64,000 bases of DNA, taken from Eledone cirrhosa (Eukaryota). The notes beneath the pieces are model-generated. The model was not told where the DNA came from, did not search any database, and saw nothing but the letters and a program-made list of their open reading frames with translations. The stretch lies in NCBI GenBank assembly GCA_964016885.1, contig CAXHJY010001100.1, forward strand, positions 1-64,000. The letters are read 5' to 3'. Below, piece after piece: positions 1-14,189 of the stretch. Position 1 is the first letter of the stretch; the number at the start of each line of letters is the position of its first letter. The translations under genes were made by a program, and so were the position numbers.

Positions 1-502
1 CATTATTTAACGATCGTTTCTGGGATATATATGTGTTAGAATTGGCATGTATATTTAACAGATCTATGTATAAAATTATACAAAATTATACAAACTATCA
101 AAATTAAATATACATACCAACTCATATATATGCCGTCTTCAGAAATAATGAAATATATTTATTGATAAGAACAACAATTCAAAATTACAGGTCTGTTTGG
201 GAACAGAGTTCAAATTGACCAATGGAAACACAAAAAGTTTATACAGTTAGGTGTGTGTATATATGTAAGTAACTTCGTTCACAGATATGCATAAAAATAT
301 ATGTTCACATGCATACGCATGCCGAAAAGATGTATGTAAATACAAAAATTCAGGGCTAATGTCTCTGTATGTTTATAATCTACAGATAAAATACATATAC
401 GCATATAAACATATAAATATAAAAATAAATATATACACATTCATATACTCACACATATTCATACATTCACACACACACGCGCATATACGCATAAACATAC
501 AC

Positions 503-596
<94 letters not shown>

Positions 597-650
597 GTGA
601 GGTGTTTTTACAAAATGAAAAATAACCCAGGCGTCCTACACGAGTGAAAG

Positions 651-793
651 TATAAAGAAAAAAAGATGAAATCGAAAATGCAACTGGAGTCTTATTTAAA
701 ACAAAATATATATATATTTATTTGGTTCCAAATAAATATATATATTTAAAAAAAAATAAGACTCCAGTTGCATTTTCGATTTCATCTTTTTTT

Positions 794-800
<7 letters not shown>
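651..800. mobile_element. Fold-back copy of TA-embedded HHR element family F (3' tail in inverted repeat)
   Basis: About 72-bp arms (aaagaaaaaaagatgaaatcgaaaatgcaactggagtcttatt...ttatttgg and its reverse complement) pivot at GGTTCC 724-729. The arm matches the 3' part of 49245-49320. Confidence 0.75.
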
Positions 801-845
<45 letters not shown>

Positions 846-891
846 GAAAGGTATAGAAAACACTGCAGCGAAAAGCCAACAGCACTCCATA

Positions 892-921
<30 letters not shown>

Positions 922-922
<1 letters not shown>

Positions 923-983
923 ATGAGGGACAGAGACCGCTGGAGAGAACTCGTCCATGGATCTCGGGAATTTTACCCGCCTT

Positions 984-985
<2 letters not shown>
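922..985 (+). mobile_element. Possible RTE-type LINE extreme 3' fragment inside (TA)n
   Basis: Translates to [16 protein letters not shown], resembling the M.DR..WR..V C-terminal motif of RTE ORFs. Very short. Confidence 0.4.
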
Positions 986-1041
<56 letters not shown>

Positions 1042-1044
<3 letters not shown>

Positions 1045-1316
1045 CAGAAGAGATATTCAATTTGTTGGTAGTTTCACAAATATAAATGTTTATAACTGAT
1101 TCTGAGCACTCGACAAGTTTTCTGGAGTATAATATTCAATGATATTAAATAAATGGAAACTATATTTATAAAACCATATTTATTCAATTATATATATTTC
1201 AAGGGTACCAAAACTTTGGTACGCTATCATCAGATAAAATACGAAATGTGTTTTATAAATTTTGACATAACCAAGGAAAGTATACCTTAACCGTTCAAGT
1301 TTTCCTTGGATGGATA
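1042..1316 (-). mobile_element. TA-embedded HHR element family E (PLE pLTR-like)
   Basis: Reverse-complement homolog of 53384-53676 over about 280 bp, flanked by (TA)n, contains an HHR. Confidence 0.75.
1181..1241 (-). ncRNA. Type I hammerhead ribozyme motif
   Basis: Minus strand reads TATTTTAT-CTGATGA-TAGCGTACCAAA/gt/TTTGGTACCCTT-GAAA-TATATA-TA|-ATTGAATA, giving stem I, core, stem II, GAAA, palindromic stem III and a UH site. Confidence 0.75.
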
Positions 1317-1340
1317 TATATATCCTGTAGAAGCCATTTC

Positions 1341-1390
<50 letters not shown>

Positions 1391-2059
1391 CGTTGGTTAT
1401 TTTCAAAATATCGTTCTTGCTATGATTAAGAATTAAGACGTTGAATTATCGGTGTAACATTCTAGCATTTCGAAAATTTAAAGTATGCCATATGAAGTGA
1501 ACATTTTCTAAACATATAAAGACAAAACAACTAAGACAAAGGACAAAGCAGAGGTTTCTTTTTGTTTCTTGATAATGTTTAAATACCAGAGCAAAATGTC
1601 AAGTAAGCAGACTTGTTATAAAATTTACATAAGAAATTTATAATTTGAACAAAGAGCATTTAAAATACCACAAAAAAATTCTCAAATAAAGAGAAAACAA
1701 AACGTTGAAATGTTATTTAGAAAATGGAGGACGAAAAAAGAAAATAAGGAGATTTAAAAGTAATAAGTGAACTGAAATATAATTTTGTAATTATAATTAA
1801 CTTTTAAATTGAAAGAACACGCGTTATCTCTTTATTTCTTTTTGTTTTTATTTTAGTTTTAGTTTTTGTTATCTTTTGTATTGTTGTTGTTGTTTTTTTT
1901 GTTATTTTTATATGTATATTTTTTAATGATATCGGCTATCAGTAATATATTAAATCAAAGAAAATATTTTCGATGTAAGGCGGAAGGTCGTAGTTGTCTT
2001 TCTTTGTTTTTTTTATCTTTCAAAACTTTGGAGATCATGTTGATGATGGTGATGATAAA

Positions 2060-2113
2060 GAGTAGTAGTAGTAGTAATCGTAGTAGTAATAGAAGTAGTA
2101 ATAGTAGTAGTAA

Positions 2114-2175
<62 letters not shown>
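2060..2175. repeat. (AGT)n microsatellite
   Basis: Direct reading. Confidence 0.95.
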
Positions 2176-2399
2176 AGGTGGTGGGAAGGAGTGTGTACCG
2201 TGGTAATGGTTTTTGTAGCGATGGTGGCACAAATGACAATGATGATTTGGCGGGAAGGAATTAACACCTTTTTCTTTAAAAAAAATTAAAATTCATACAC
2301 TGTTCATGTGTTGAATGTGCTTCAACGTATGTTTAACATATATGTACATATATGCGTGTGTATGTATGTATGTATCTATGCCTGTATGTAGTATATATG

Positions 2400-2461
<62 letters not shown>

Positions 2462-2463
<2 letters not shown>

Positions 2464-2664
2464 GGAACGAGTAGGACCCCGACGGCTGAGCTCAAGCCGT
2501 TTCGACGGCTAATTCTGGACTAAATGTAGTCCAGAATTAGCCGTCGAAACGGCCTGAGCTCAGCCGTCGGGGTCCTACTCGTTCCTATTACCCACTCTAC
2601 TACCCTAAGTATTGAGTACTTTGGTGCGTTATGGTCCATCTGGTTCCTTACCACATTTCCTTCG

Positions 2665-2667
<3 letters not shown>
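2462..2667 (+). mobile_element. TA-embedded HHR element family A, fold-back copy
   Basis: About 60-bp inverted arms pivot at 2523-2526. Holds the HHR 3' half GAAA-CGGC-ctgagctca-GCCG-TC|-GGGG (2546-2572), then a 3' tail ending ...cacatttccttcgtta(TA)n. Confidence 0.85.
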
Positions 2668-2703
<36 letters not shown>

Positions 2704-2768
2704 TATATAACCCCGTATTTGGTTGACGGCTGAGAGGAAAGAGTACCTAATAATTCAAAGAGCCATTC

Positions 2769-2769
2769 T

Positions 2770-2837
<68 letters not shown>

Positions 2838-2851
2838 GGTATTATCATACC

Positions 2852-2883
<32 letters not shown>
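2769..2883. repeat. (CTA)n-CTCGGTAT-tatc-ATACCGAG-(TAG)n palindrome
   Basis: Microsatellite arms in opposite orientation around a unique 8-bp inverted core. Confidence 0.85.
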
Positions 2884-3411
2884 AGATGGGGAGGAGTGTG
2901 TACCGTGGTAAGAGTATGTTGTCAGCCCCTCAGATAAATTGTACTTGTAATTCAACAAGCCATACTTATACTGAATCTCCCTGAGAATGACGTTATGGGT
3001 ACACGTGGCTGTACAGTATTTAGCCAGTTTTAAAAAACATGTTGTTCAGTTGTTCAAACAACTGATATGATCATCGTGTAAACCGATGGAGGTCCATTCC
3101 TCTCCACAGTTTCGACAATACATTCTCTACTATGTGACAACAGTATGTTAAACAGTACAACATAGTCACTCCACTAAAGTTAGAAAATACAATTTAATCA
3201 GTTATAATTAGTGAGTCAAAACTTAATGATATTCCTACATTTAATTAATATCATTTCAACAGTGCAGCTCATAAATTAATAATATTTAATTAATTAAAGA
3301 TATTTGATTTAATTGTATGGGATGTAATTTTGAAAGGTTATATTTAATGTTGACTTTGAGATTGTCACTTTCATATTTGGACACCGAGGTTAACTTTGTG
3401 TTTCATTCTTA

Positions 3412-3945
3412 CGGTGGACTGGCAGTATCGGGAGAGGGTCTGACGCCATGATTTGACGCATAGAGTTACGGCCCTTGCCATTCTGAGTTCAAATCCCGCC
3501 GTGGTTAACTTTGCCTTTCATCCTTACGGGGGTCGATAAAATAAAGTACCAGTAATACACTGGGATAATTGCTGACCTTGTGCCAAAAGTAGAAACAATT
3601 ATTACAGGATCGATAAGGGCGGTGGATTGGCAGTATCGGTAGAGCGTCGGACACCATGCTTTGCAGCATAGAGTTACGGTCCTTTACGGTCGGATTTCAA
3701 TCCCGCCGAGGTTAACTTTGCCTTTCATCCTTACGGGATCGATAAAATAAAGTACCAGTAACGTACTGGGGTTGATTTAATCGACTTTCCCCTCCCCCTA
3801 AAATTACTGGCCTTGTGCCTATACTAGAAATCATTATTACAGGATCGATAAAATAAAGAACCTGTAACGCACTGGGGTCGATTTAATCTACCTCACCCCC
3901 TCTCTCGAAATTGCTGGCTTTGTGCCTATAGTAGAAATCATTATG
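3412..3945 (+). mobile_element. tRNA-derived SINE family S1, tandem copies
   Basis: A-box-like TGGCAGTATCGG, B-box-like GAGTTCAAATCCC, central gttaactttgcctttcatccttacggggtcgataaaataaagtaccag (Meta-domain-like) and an (ATT)n tail. Confidence 0.85.
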
Positions 3946-3959
3946 TAATTTAGTTTTGG

Positions 3960-4256
3960 GAAGGTTTAGCAGTTAAGGTATTCAAGATTACGATCTTATG
4001 CTCGTCCTTGAGCAAGGCATTTCATTTCACGTTGCTCCAGTCCATTCAGCTGGCATATAAAGAGCTGTACTTGAAGTTGAAAGGGTAGGCAAGCCTTGTC
4101 ACATATTGTGTCACGCTGAATCTCCCTGAGAACTCCGTTAAGGGCATACATATCTGTCGAATACTTAGGTCGAGGGCAGGTGCGTTAATCTCCCGAGCAA
4201 GCTTTTCCGTTGATCAAACAACTGGAACACTCATCGTCGAAACTGACGGAGGTCCA
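3960..4256 (+). mobile_element. Degenerate SINE of S2 (CORE-like) type
   Basis: ccttgagcaaggcatttcatttcacgttgctccagtccattcagctgg plus a tail ctgaatctccctgagaac shared with 2970-3095. Confidence 0.65.
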
Positions 4257-4289
4257 ACGGACAAAAGCACATTTCCACTTTTATGTGAA

Positions 4290-4920
4290 TATATGCGTGT
4301 GAGCTTATGTGGAGATATGTGTGTGAATGTATGTGTGTGAGTATATATGAATATATGTGTGTGAGCTTATGTGGAGATATGTGTGTGAATGTATGTGGAG
4401 ATATGTGTGTGAATATATGTGTGTGAGTATATATGAATATATGTGTGTGAGCTTATGTGGAGATATGTGTGTGTATGTATGTGTGTGAACTTATGTGAAT
4501 ACGTGTGTGTATATATGTGGAGATATGTGTGTGAATATATGTGAGTGAGTATATATGAATATATGTGTGTGAGCTTATGTGAAGATATGTGTGTGAATGT
4601 ATGTGTGTGAACTTATGTGAATACGTGTGTGTATATATGTGAAGATATGTGTGTGAATATATGTGTGTGAGTATATATGAATATATGTGTGTGAGCTTAT
4701 GTGGAGATATGTGTGTGAATGTATGTGTGTGAACTTATGTGAATACGTGTGTGTATATATGTGAAGATATGTGTGTGAATATATGTGAGTGAGTATATAT
4801 GAATATATGTGTGTGAGCTTATGTGGAGATATGTGTGTGAATGTATGTGTGTGAGCTTATGTGAATACGTGTGTGTATATATGTGGAGATATGTGTGTGA
4901 ATATATATTTGAGTATATGT
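4290..4920. repeat. TG-rich minisatellite, 122-bp higher-order period
   Basis: gagcttatgtg recurs at 4449, 4571, 4693 and 4815. Confidence 0.85.
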
Positions 4921-5031
4921 GTGTATATGTGGGTTAATATGGTAAAAATTATGAGTTTATTTTTCTGAATTTATGCATGTTATGGGAGCGAGAGGCCTCG
5001 TGTGTATTTCCGTTTGTTATTGATGTTTATG

Positions 5032-5157
<126 letters not shown>

Positions 5158-5179
5158 TATATATGTATATATATATATG

Positions 5180-5210
<31 letters not shown>

Positions 5211-5255
5211 GTATATATATATATGTATATAAACATACATATATATATGTATATA

Positions 5256-5325
<70 letters not shown>

Positions 5326-5370
5326 CGGAGTATCGGTAAAAAGCTTTCTCCGATATTGTATTTATTTATA

Positions 5371-5447
<77 letters not shown>

Positions 5448-5856
5448 GGAAACAGGAACACAGTGAAAGAGAGGCGAAAATGAGAGACATGCATAAATGT
5501 GGCTCATTTTCTTTTTTTTATATATTTCTGATATTTTCTCAAAAAAGAACAATACAAAAAATAATAAAAATAAAACAAAAGAAAATGAATGCAACATTTT
5601 TAAGTGAACTAATGGCAATAAATTACCAACCTTTCTAGATTCTAGCTCTCTGCAACACCATTTATGTGCATCAGCTGTACACATAAAAGATTATATACGG
5701 ACTTAATTATCTCCCATCATAAACGGAACTTTCCTATAAACATGTTTTGTTTTGGTAATAATCCCAACGGTAGCTTTTTAGCAAAGTGTTATTAATAAAA
5801 AGGTGGCTTTCCTTGCTATTTAATCCAACTCCAGCCCAGTTCCAACCCAGTTCCAC

Positions 5857-6100
5857 GAAGGCGCATGGCTTAGTGGTTAGAGCACTGGGCTTGCAATCGA
5901 AAGGCTGTGAGTTCAATTCTCGGACCGAGTGATGTGTTGTTTCCTTGAGCAAGACACTTTATTTCACGTTGCTGCAGTTTACTCACCTGTAGAAATAAGA
6001 TGATAGGAATGGGGGTCCCTATCATTAAATCACTCAGGACACCCCCAACGAGATATACCTTGGAGGAGGCCAGCTAAACCTGCATAGGTGTGAGCTGTCA

Positions 6101-6101
<1 letters not shown>
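5857..6101 (+). mobile_element. tRNA-derived SINE family S2 (CORE-like centre, (CA)n tail)
   Basis: A box TGGCTTAGTGG, B box GAGTTCAATTC and ccttgagcaagacact. Near-identical to 29720-29960 and 33945-34189. Confidence 0.85.
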
Positions 6102-6177
<76 letters not shown>

Positions 6178-6196
6178 ACACACACACAGTGCGAGA

Positions 6197-6341
6197 CTGG
6201 TACTTTATTTTATCGACCCCGTAAGGATGACAGGCAAAGTTAATCTCTCGGCAGGATTTGAACTCAGATCATAAAGGGCCGTGATTCTATGCTGCAAAGC
6301 ATGGCGTCCGATTCTCTACCGCTATTGCCAATCCACCGCCC
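6197..6341 (-). mobile_element. SINE S1
   Basis: Reverse complement of the S1 consensus. Confidence 0.85.
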
Positions 6342-6427
6342 CCATTACTTAAACATTACAAACAGTGTCTTTCATTAGAAATATGACAATGTAAGGGTTA
6401 TCTAAAAAAACTCCCATTTAATGTAAG

Positions 6428-6458
<31 letters not shown>

Positions 6459-6573
6459 TAGACACATACATATATATATATCATTGTTTAATAGGGAGAA
6501 CGCTTAAAAATGCACGTGTGCGTTTGTATTTGTATGAGTTGATGTGTGTGCGTGCGTTTGTCTTTGTATGTGT

Positions 6574-6607
<34 letters not shown>

Positions 6608-7054
6608 TTGCTACTAAGCCAGAACGAGAGAAGTTTCTCCATCCAATAAAGTAAATGGGTTGAACCAATCAAACCAAATGAAACCAAATCGATCAATAGA
6701 CACTGGTTTCTTTGGATACGATTGTTTTACTGTCCAATTGATGGACAAGCCTTCCCTTAGCGAGACAACCTGCAACCTCAGTTTCACGGTTGGTCTGTTA
6801 AGTTCGTAATTGACTCTATTGAAGTAAACACTTCAATTTCTCTGTCAAAAATCTCACCTCATGTATGTTAGTCTGTTAGATTTATCGTTCCACGTAAGTT
6901 CTTCCATGTTTTGTAAGGGTTAGACGAAGTACAGAGCTTATCATGATTACTTTAGTGTTAAGTGACCGAGGGAACAAGACTCCCGCCTTCCTGAACACGT
7001 CCTCAATATATCACATGGTTAACCCTTGGAAGTTATCTCTTCTTATCATATAGA

Positions 7055-7153
7055 CAGGGTGTCCTCCAAAAATGTATACACAAAGACTGTGCATTCTAAT
7101 AAATATTGCCTGTACAGGTAATCAAAGTATGCATACATATTTTGGGGCAGACC

Positions 7154-7156
<3 letters not shown>
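7055..7156. mobile_element. Tc1/mariner-type MITE
   Basis: Imperfect TIRs cagggtgtcctccaaaaatgtatacac / tatgcatacatattttggggcagaccctg with TA on the right. Confidence 0.65.
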
Positions 7157-7214
<58 letters not shown>

Positions 7215-7265
7215 AAACAAAATCTAGCTGTCGAAACGGCCGGAGCTCAGCCGTCGGGATCCCGG

Positions 7266-7376
<111 letters not shown>

Positions 7377-7726
7377 ATTAGTTGTGAGCAGTCAGAGACG
7401 CTCTCCTGACTCGCCACCTTTGTTCTGTTCCATTGGAAAATATATAATGTATGTATTGATATATGATATAAATATACAAATTGCTTGAAGCAAGGCAAAA
7501 AAAACATACATTTTAATCAATAAAAGTTTTTCGAACTAATTAAAATTTCATTAAAAACAATTATAGGCTAACTGAACCAAGGATAATGAGTTGAATGAAT
7601 CTAAAAACAAAACTGTGTTCTGTCATTATTATTTTCATTTTACAACGGAATGTTTATTATTTGAAGGAGACAGGCAGTTATTGTCACACTACAAAGACTG
7701 TCTACTTAATCTCTTTATTTCTATAT

Positions 7727-10700
7727 AGATATATCTATAGAAGGACAGAGGTTATTTTAGTCATGGTACGGTGGATTACTCGCCCTGGTTTTATTCTAAG
7801 ATAGACATAGACAAAAGAACAGAGGGTATTTCAGTCGTGGTACATTGGTTTACTCTTCCTGTCTATATTCTAAGATAGACATAGACAAAAGAACAGAGGG
7901 TATTTCAGTCGTGGTACATTGGTTTACTCTTCCTGTCTATATTCTAAGATAGACATAGACAAAAGAACAGAGGGTATTTCAGTCGTGGTACATTGGTTTA
8001 CTCTTCCTGTCTATATTCTAAGATAGACATAGACAAAAGAACAGAGGGTATTTCAGTCGTGGTACATTGGTTTACTCTTCCTGTCTATATTCTAAGATAG
8101 ACATAGACAAAAGAACAGAGGGTATTTCAGTCGTGGTACATTGGTTTACTCTTTCTGTCTATATTCTAAGATAGACATAGACAAAAGAACAGAGGGTATT
8201 TCAGTCGTGGTACATTGGTTTACTCTTCCTGGTTTTATTCTAAGATAGACATAGACAAAAGAACAGAGGGTATTTCAGTCGTGGTACATTGGTTTACTCT
8301 TTCTGTCTATATTCTAAGATAGACATAGACAAAAGAACAGAGGGTATTTCAGTCGTGGTACATTGGTTTACTCTTTCTGTCTATATTCTAAGATAGACAT
8401 AGACAAAAGAACAGAGGGTATTTCAGTCGTGGTACATTGGTTTACTCTTTCTGTCTATATTCTAAGATAGACATAGACAAAAGAACAGAGGGTATTTCAG
8501 TCGTGGTACATTGGTTTACTCTTTCTGTCTATATTCTAAGATAGACATAGACAAAAGAACAGAGGGTATTTCAGTCGTGGTACATTGGTTTACTCTTTCT
8601 GTCTATATTCTAAGATAGACATAGACAAAAGAACAGAGGGTATTTCAGTCGTGGTACATTGGTTTACTCTTTCTGTCTATATTCTAAGATAGACATAGAC
8701 AAAAGAACAGAGGGTATTTCAGTCGTGGTACATTGGTTTACTCTTTCTGTCTATATTCTAAGATAGACATAGACAAAAGAACAGAGGGTATTTCAGTCGT
8801 GGTACATTGGTTTACTCTTTCTGTCTATATTCTAAGATAGACATAGACAAAAGAACAGAGGGTATTTCAGTCGTGGTACATTGGTTTACTCTTTCTGTCT
8901 ATATTCTAAGATAGACATAGACAAAAGAACAGAGGGTATTTCAGTCGTGGTACATTGGTTTACTCTTTCTGTCTATATTCTAAGATAGACATAGACAAAA
9001 GAACAGAGGGTATTTCAGTCGTGGTACATTGGTTTACTCTTTCTGTCTATATTCTAAGATAGACATAGACAAAAGAACAGAGGGTATTTCAGTCGTGGTA
9101 CATTGGTTTACTCTTTCTGTCTATATTCTAAGATAGACATAGACAAAAGAACAGAGGGTATTTCAGTCGTGGTACATTGGTTTACTCTTTCTGTCTATAT
9201 TCTAAGATAGACATAGACAAAAGAACAGAGGGTATTTCAGTCGTGGTACATTGGTTTACTCTTTCTGTCTATATTCTAAGATAGACATAGACAAAAGAAC
9301 AGAGGGTATTTCAGTCGTGGTACATTGGTTTACTCTTTCTGTCTATATTCTAAGATAGACATAGACAAAAGAACAGAGGGTATTTCAGTCGTGGTACATT
9401 GGTTTACTCTTTCTGTCTATATTCTAAGATAGACATAGACAAAAGAACAGAGGGTATTTCAGTCGTGGTACATTGGTTTACTCTTTCTGTCTATATTCTA
9501 AGATAGACATAGACAAAAGAACAGAGGGTATTTCAGTCGTGGTACATTGGTTTACTCTTTCTGTCTATATTCTAAGATAGACATAGACAAAAGAACAGAG
9601 GGTATTTCAGTCGTGGTACATTGGTTTACTCTTCCTGGTTTTATTCTAAGATAGACATAGACAAAAGAACAGAGGGTATTTCAGTCGTGGTACATTGGTT
9701 TACTCTTTCTGTCTATATTCTAAGATAGACATAGACAAAAGAACAGAGGGTATTTCAGTCGTGGTACATTGGTTTACTCTTCCTGGTTTTATTCTAAGAT
9801 AGACATAGACAAAAGAACAGAGGGTATTTCAGTCGTGGTACATTGGTTTACTCTTCCTGTCTATATTCTAAGATAGACATAGACAAAAGAACAGAGGGTA
9901 TTTCAGTCGTGGTACATTGGTTTACTCTTCCTGTCTATATTCTAAGATAGACATAGACAAAAGAACAGAGGGTATTTCAGTCGTGGTACATTGGTTTACT
10001 CTTCCTGGTTTTATTCTAAGATAGACATAGACAAAAGAACAGAGGGTATTTCAGTCGTGGTACATTGGTTTACTCTTCCTGGTTTTATTCTAAGATAGAC
10101 ATAGACAAAAGAACAGAGGGTATTTCAGTCGTGATACATTGGTTTACTCTTCCTGTCTATATTCTAAGATAGACATAGACAAAAGAACAGAGGGTATTTC
10201 AGTCGTGGTACATTGGTTTACTCTTCCTGTCTATATTCTAAGATAGACATAGACAAAAGAACAGAGGGTATTTCAGTCGTGGTACATTGGTTTACTCTTC
10301 CTGGTTTTATTCTAAGATAGACATAGACAAAAGAACAGAGGGTATTTCAGTCGTGATACATTGGTTTACTCTTCCTGTCTATATTCTAAGATAGACATAG
10401 ACAAAAGAACAGAGGGTATTTCAGTCGTGGTACATTGGTTTACTCTTCCTGTCTATATTCTAAGATAGACATAGACAAAAGAACAGAGGGTATTTCAGTC
10501 GTGGTACATTGGTTTACTCTTCCTGGTTTTATTCTAAGATAGACATAGACAAAAGAACAGAGGGTATTTCAGTCGTGGTACATTGGTTTACTCTTCCTGT
10601 CTATATTCTAAGATAGACATAGACAAAAGAACAGAGGGTATTTCAGTCGTGGTACATTGGTTTACTCTTCCTGGTTTTATTCTAAGATAGACATAGACAA

Positions 10701-13700
10701 AAGAACAGAGGGTATTTCAGTCGTGGTACATTGGTTTACTCTTCCTGTCTATATTCTAAGATAGACATAGACAAAAGAACAGAGGGTATTTCAGTCGTGG
10801 TACATTGGTTTACTCTTCCTGTCTATATTCTAAGATAGACATAGACAAAAGAACAGAGGGTATTTCAGTCGTGGTACATTGGTTTACTCTTCCTGGTTTT
10901 ATTCTAAGATAGACATAGACAAAAGAACAGAGGGTATTTCAGTCGTGGTACATTGGTTTACTCTTCCTGTCTATATTCTAAGATAGACATAGACAAAAGA
11001 ACAGAGGGTATTTCAGTCGTGGTACATTGGTTTACTCTTCCTGTCTATATTCTAAGATAGACATAGACAAAAGAACAGAGGGTATTTCAGTCGTGGTACA
11101 TTGGTTTACTCTTCCTGTCTATATTCTAAGATAGACATAGACAAAAGAACAGAGGGTATTTCAGTCGTGGTACATTGGTTTACTCTTCCTGTCTATATTC
11201 TAAGATAGACATAGACAAAAGAACAGAGGGTATTTCAGTCGTGGTACATTGGTTTACTCTTCCTGGTTTTATTCTAAGATAGACATAGACAAAAGAACAG
11301 AGGGTATTTCAGTCGTGGTACATTGGTTTACTCTTTCTGTCTATATTCTAAGATAGACATAGACAAAAGAACAGAGGGTATTTCAGTCGTGGTACATTGG
11401 TTTACTCTTTCTGTCTATATTCTAAGATAGACATAGACAAAAGAACAGAGGGTATTTCAGTCGTGGTACATTGGTTTACTCTTTCTGTCTATATTCTAAG
11501 ATAGACATAGACAAAAGAACAGAGGGTATTTCAGTCGTGGTACATTGGTTTACTCTTTCTGTCTATATTCTAAGATAGACATAGACAAAAGAACAGAGGG
11601 TATTTCAGTCGTGGTACATTGGTTTACTCTTTCTGTCTATATTCTAAGATAGACATAGACAAAAGAACAGAGGGTATTTCAGTCGTGGTACATTGGTTTA
11701 CTCTTTCTGTCTATATTCTAAGATAGACATAGACAAAAGAACAGAGGGTATTTCAGTCGTGGTACATTGGTTTACTCTTTCTGTCTATATTCTAAGATAG
11801 ACATAGACAAAAGAACAGAGGGTATTTCAGTCGTGGTACATTGGTTTACTCTTCCTGGTTTTATTCTAAGATAGACATAGACAAAAGAACAGAGGGTATT
11901 TCAGTCGTGGTACATTGGTTTACTCTTTCTGTCTATATTCTAAGATAGACATAGACAAAAGAACAGAGGGTATTTCAGTCGTGGTACATTGGTTTACTCT
12001 TCCTGGTTTTATTCTAAGATAGACATAGACAAAAGAACAGAGGGTATTTCAGTCGTGGTACATTGGTTTACTCTTCCTGTCTATATTCTAAGATAGACAT
12101 AGACAAAAGAACAGAGGGTATTTCAGTCGTGGTACATTGGTTTACTCTTCCTGTCTATATTCTAAGATAGACATAGACAAAAGAACAGAGGGTATTTCAG
12201 TCGTGGTACATTGGTTTACTCTTCCTGGTTTTATTCTAAGATAGACATAGACAAAAGAACAGAGGGTATTTCAGTCGTGGTACATTGGTTTACTCTTCCT
12301 GGTTTTATTCTAAGATAGACATAGACAAAAGAACAGAGGGTATTTCAGTCGTGATACATTGGTTTACTCTTCCTGTCTATATTCTAAGATAGACATAGAC
12401 AAAAGAACAGAGGGTATTTCAGTCGTGGTACATTGGTTTACTCTTCCTGTCTATATTCTAAGATAGACATAGACAAAAGAACAGAGGGTATTTCAGTCGT
12501 GGTACATTGGTTTACTCTTCCTGGTTTTATTCTAAGATAGACATAGACAAAAGAACAGAGGGTATTTCAGTCGTGGTACATTGGTTTACTCTTCCTGTCT
12601 ATATTCTAAGATAGACATAGACAAAAGAACAGAGGGTATTTCAGTCGTGGTACATTGGTTTACTCTTCCTGTCTATATTCTAAGATAGACATAGACAAAA
12701 GAACAGAGGGTATTTCAGTCGTGGTACATTGGTTTACTCTTCCTGGTTTTATTCTAAGATAGACATAGACAAAAGAACAGAGGGTATTTCAGTCGTGGTA
12801 CATTGGTTTACTCTTCCTGGTTTTATTCTAAGATAGACATAGACAAAAGAACAGAGGGTATTTCAGTCGTGGTACATTGGTTTACTCTTCCTGTCTATAT
12901 TCTAAGATAGACATAGACAAAAGAACAGAGGGTATTTCAGTCGTGGTACATTGGTTTACTCTTCCTGTCTATATTCTAAGATAGACATAGACAAAAGAAC
13001 AGAGGGTATTTCAGTCGTGGTACATTGGTTTACTCTTCCTGGTTTTATTCTAAGATAGACATAGACAAAAGAACAGAGGGTATTTCAGTCGTGGTACATT
13101 GGTTTACTCTTCCTGGTTTTATTCTAAGATAGACATAGACAAAAGAACAGAGGGTATTTCAGTCGTGGTACATTGGTTTACTCTTCCTGTCTATATTCTA
13201 AGATAGACATAGACAAAAGAACAGAGGGTATTTCAGTCGTGGTACATTGGTTTACTCTTCCTGTCTATATTCTAAGATAGACATAGACAAAAGAACAGAG
13301 GGTATTTCAGTCGTGGTACATTGGTTTACTCTTCCTGGTTTTATTCTAAGATAGACATAGACAAAAGAACAGAGGGTATTTCAGTCGTGGTACATTGGTT
13401 TACTCTTCCTGGTTTTATTCTAAGATAGACATAGACAAAAGAACAGAGGGTATTTCAGTCGTGGTACATTGGTTTACTCTTCCTGTCTATATTCTAAGAT
13501 AGACATAGACAAAAGAACAGAGGGTATTTCAGTCGTGGTACATTGGTTTACTCTTCCTGGTTTTATTCTAAGATAGACATAGACAAAAGAACAGAGGGTA
13601 TTTCAGTCGTGGTACATTGGTTTACTCTTCCTGGTTTTATTCTAAGATAGACATAGACAAAAGAACAGAGGGTATTTCAGTCGTGGTACATTGGTTTACT

Positions 13701-14135
13701 CTTCCTGTCTATATTCTAAGATAGACATAGACAAAAGAACAGAGGGTATTTCAGTCGTGGTACATTGGTTTACTCTTCCTGGTTTTATTCTAAGATAGAC
13801 ATAGACAAAAGAACAGAGGGTATTTCAGTCGTGGTACATTGGTTTACTCTTCCTGGTTTTATTCTAAGATAGACATAGACAAAAGAACAGAGGGTATTTC
13901 AGTCGTGGTACATTGGTTTACTCTTCCTGTCTATATTCTAAGATAGACATAGACAAAAGTACTGAGGGTATTTCAGTCGTGGTACATTGGTTTACTCTTC
14001 CTGTCTATATTCTAAGATAGACATAGACAAAAGAACAGAGGGTATTTCAGTCGTGGTACATTGGTTTACTCTTCCTGTCTATATTCTAAGATAGACATAG
14101 ACAAAAGTACTGAGGGTATTTCAGTCATTGTACAT
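7727..14135. repeat. 74-bp tandem satellite, about 86 copies
   Basis: Unit tattctaagatagacatagacaaaagaacagagggtatttcagtcgtggtacattggtttactcttcctgtcta. The phase recurs every 2220 bp (30 units) in the line layout. Confidence 0.98.
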
Positions 14136-14189
14136 TAGTTTAGCCCCGCCTCCACACACACACACACTTGCTTTCTTAGAGAGAAATAG

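Noticed and set aside
5857-5930. tRNA genes at S1/S2 heads
   Set aside because: A and B boxes are present but continue into SINE bodies in many dispersed copies, and there is no proper acceptor stem.
7727-14135. CRISPR-like array
   Set aside because: Units are contiguous with no unique spacers, there are no cas genes and the context is eukaryotic.
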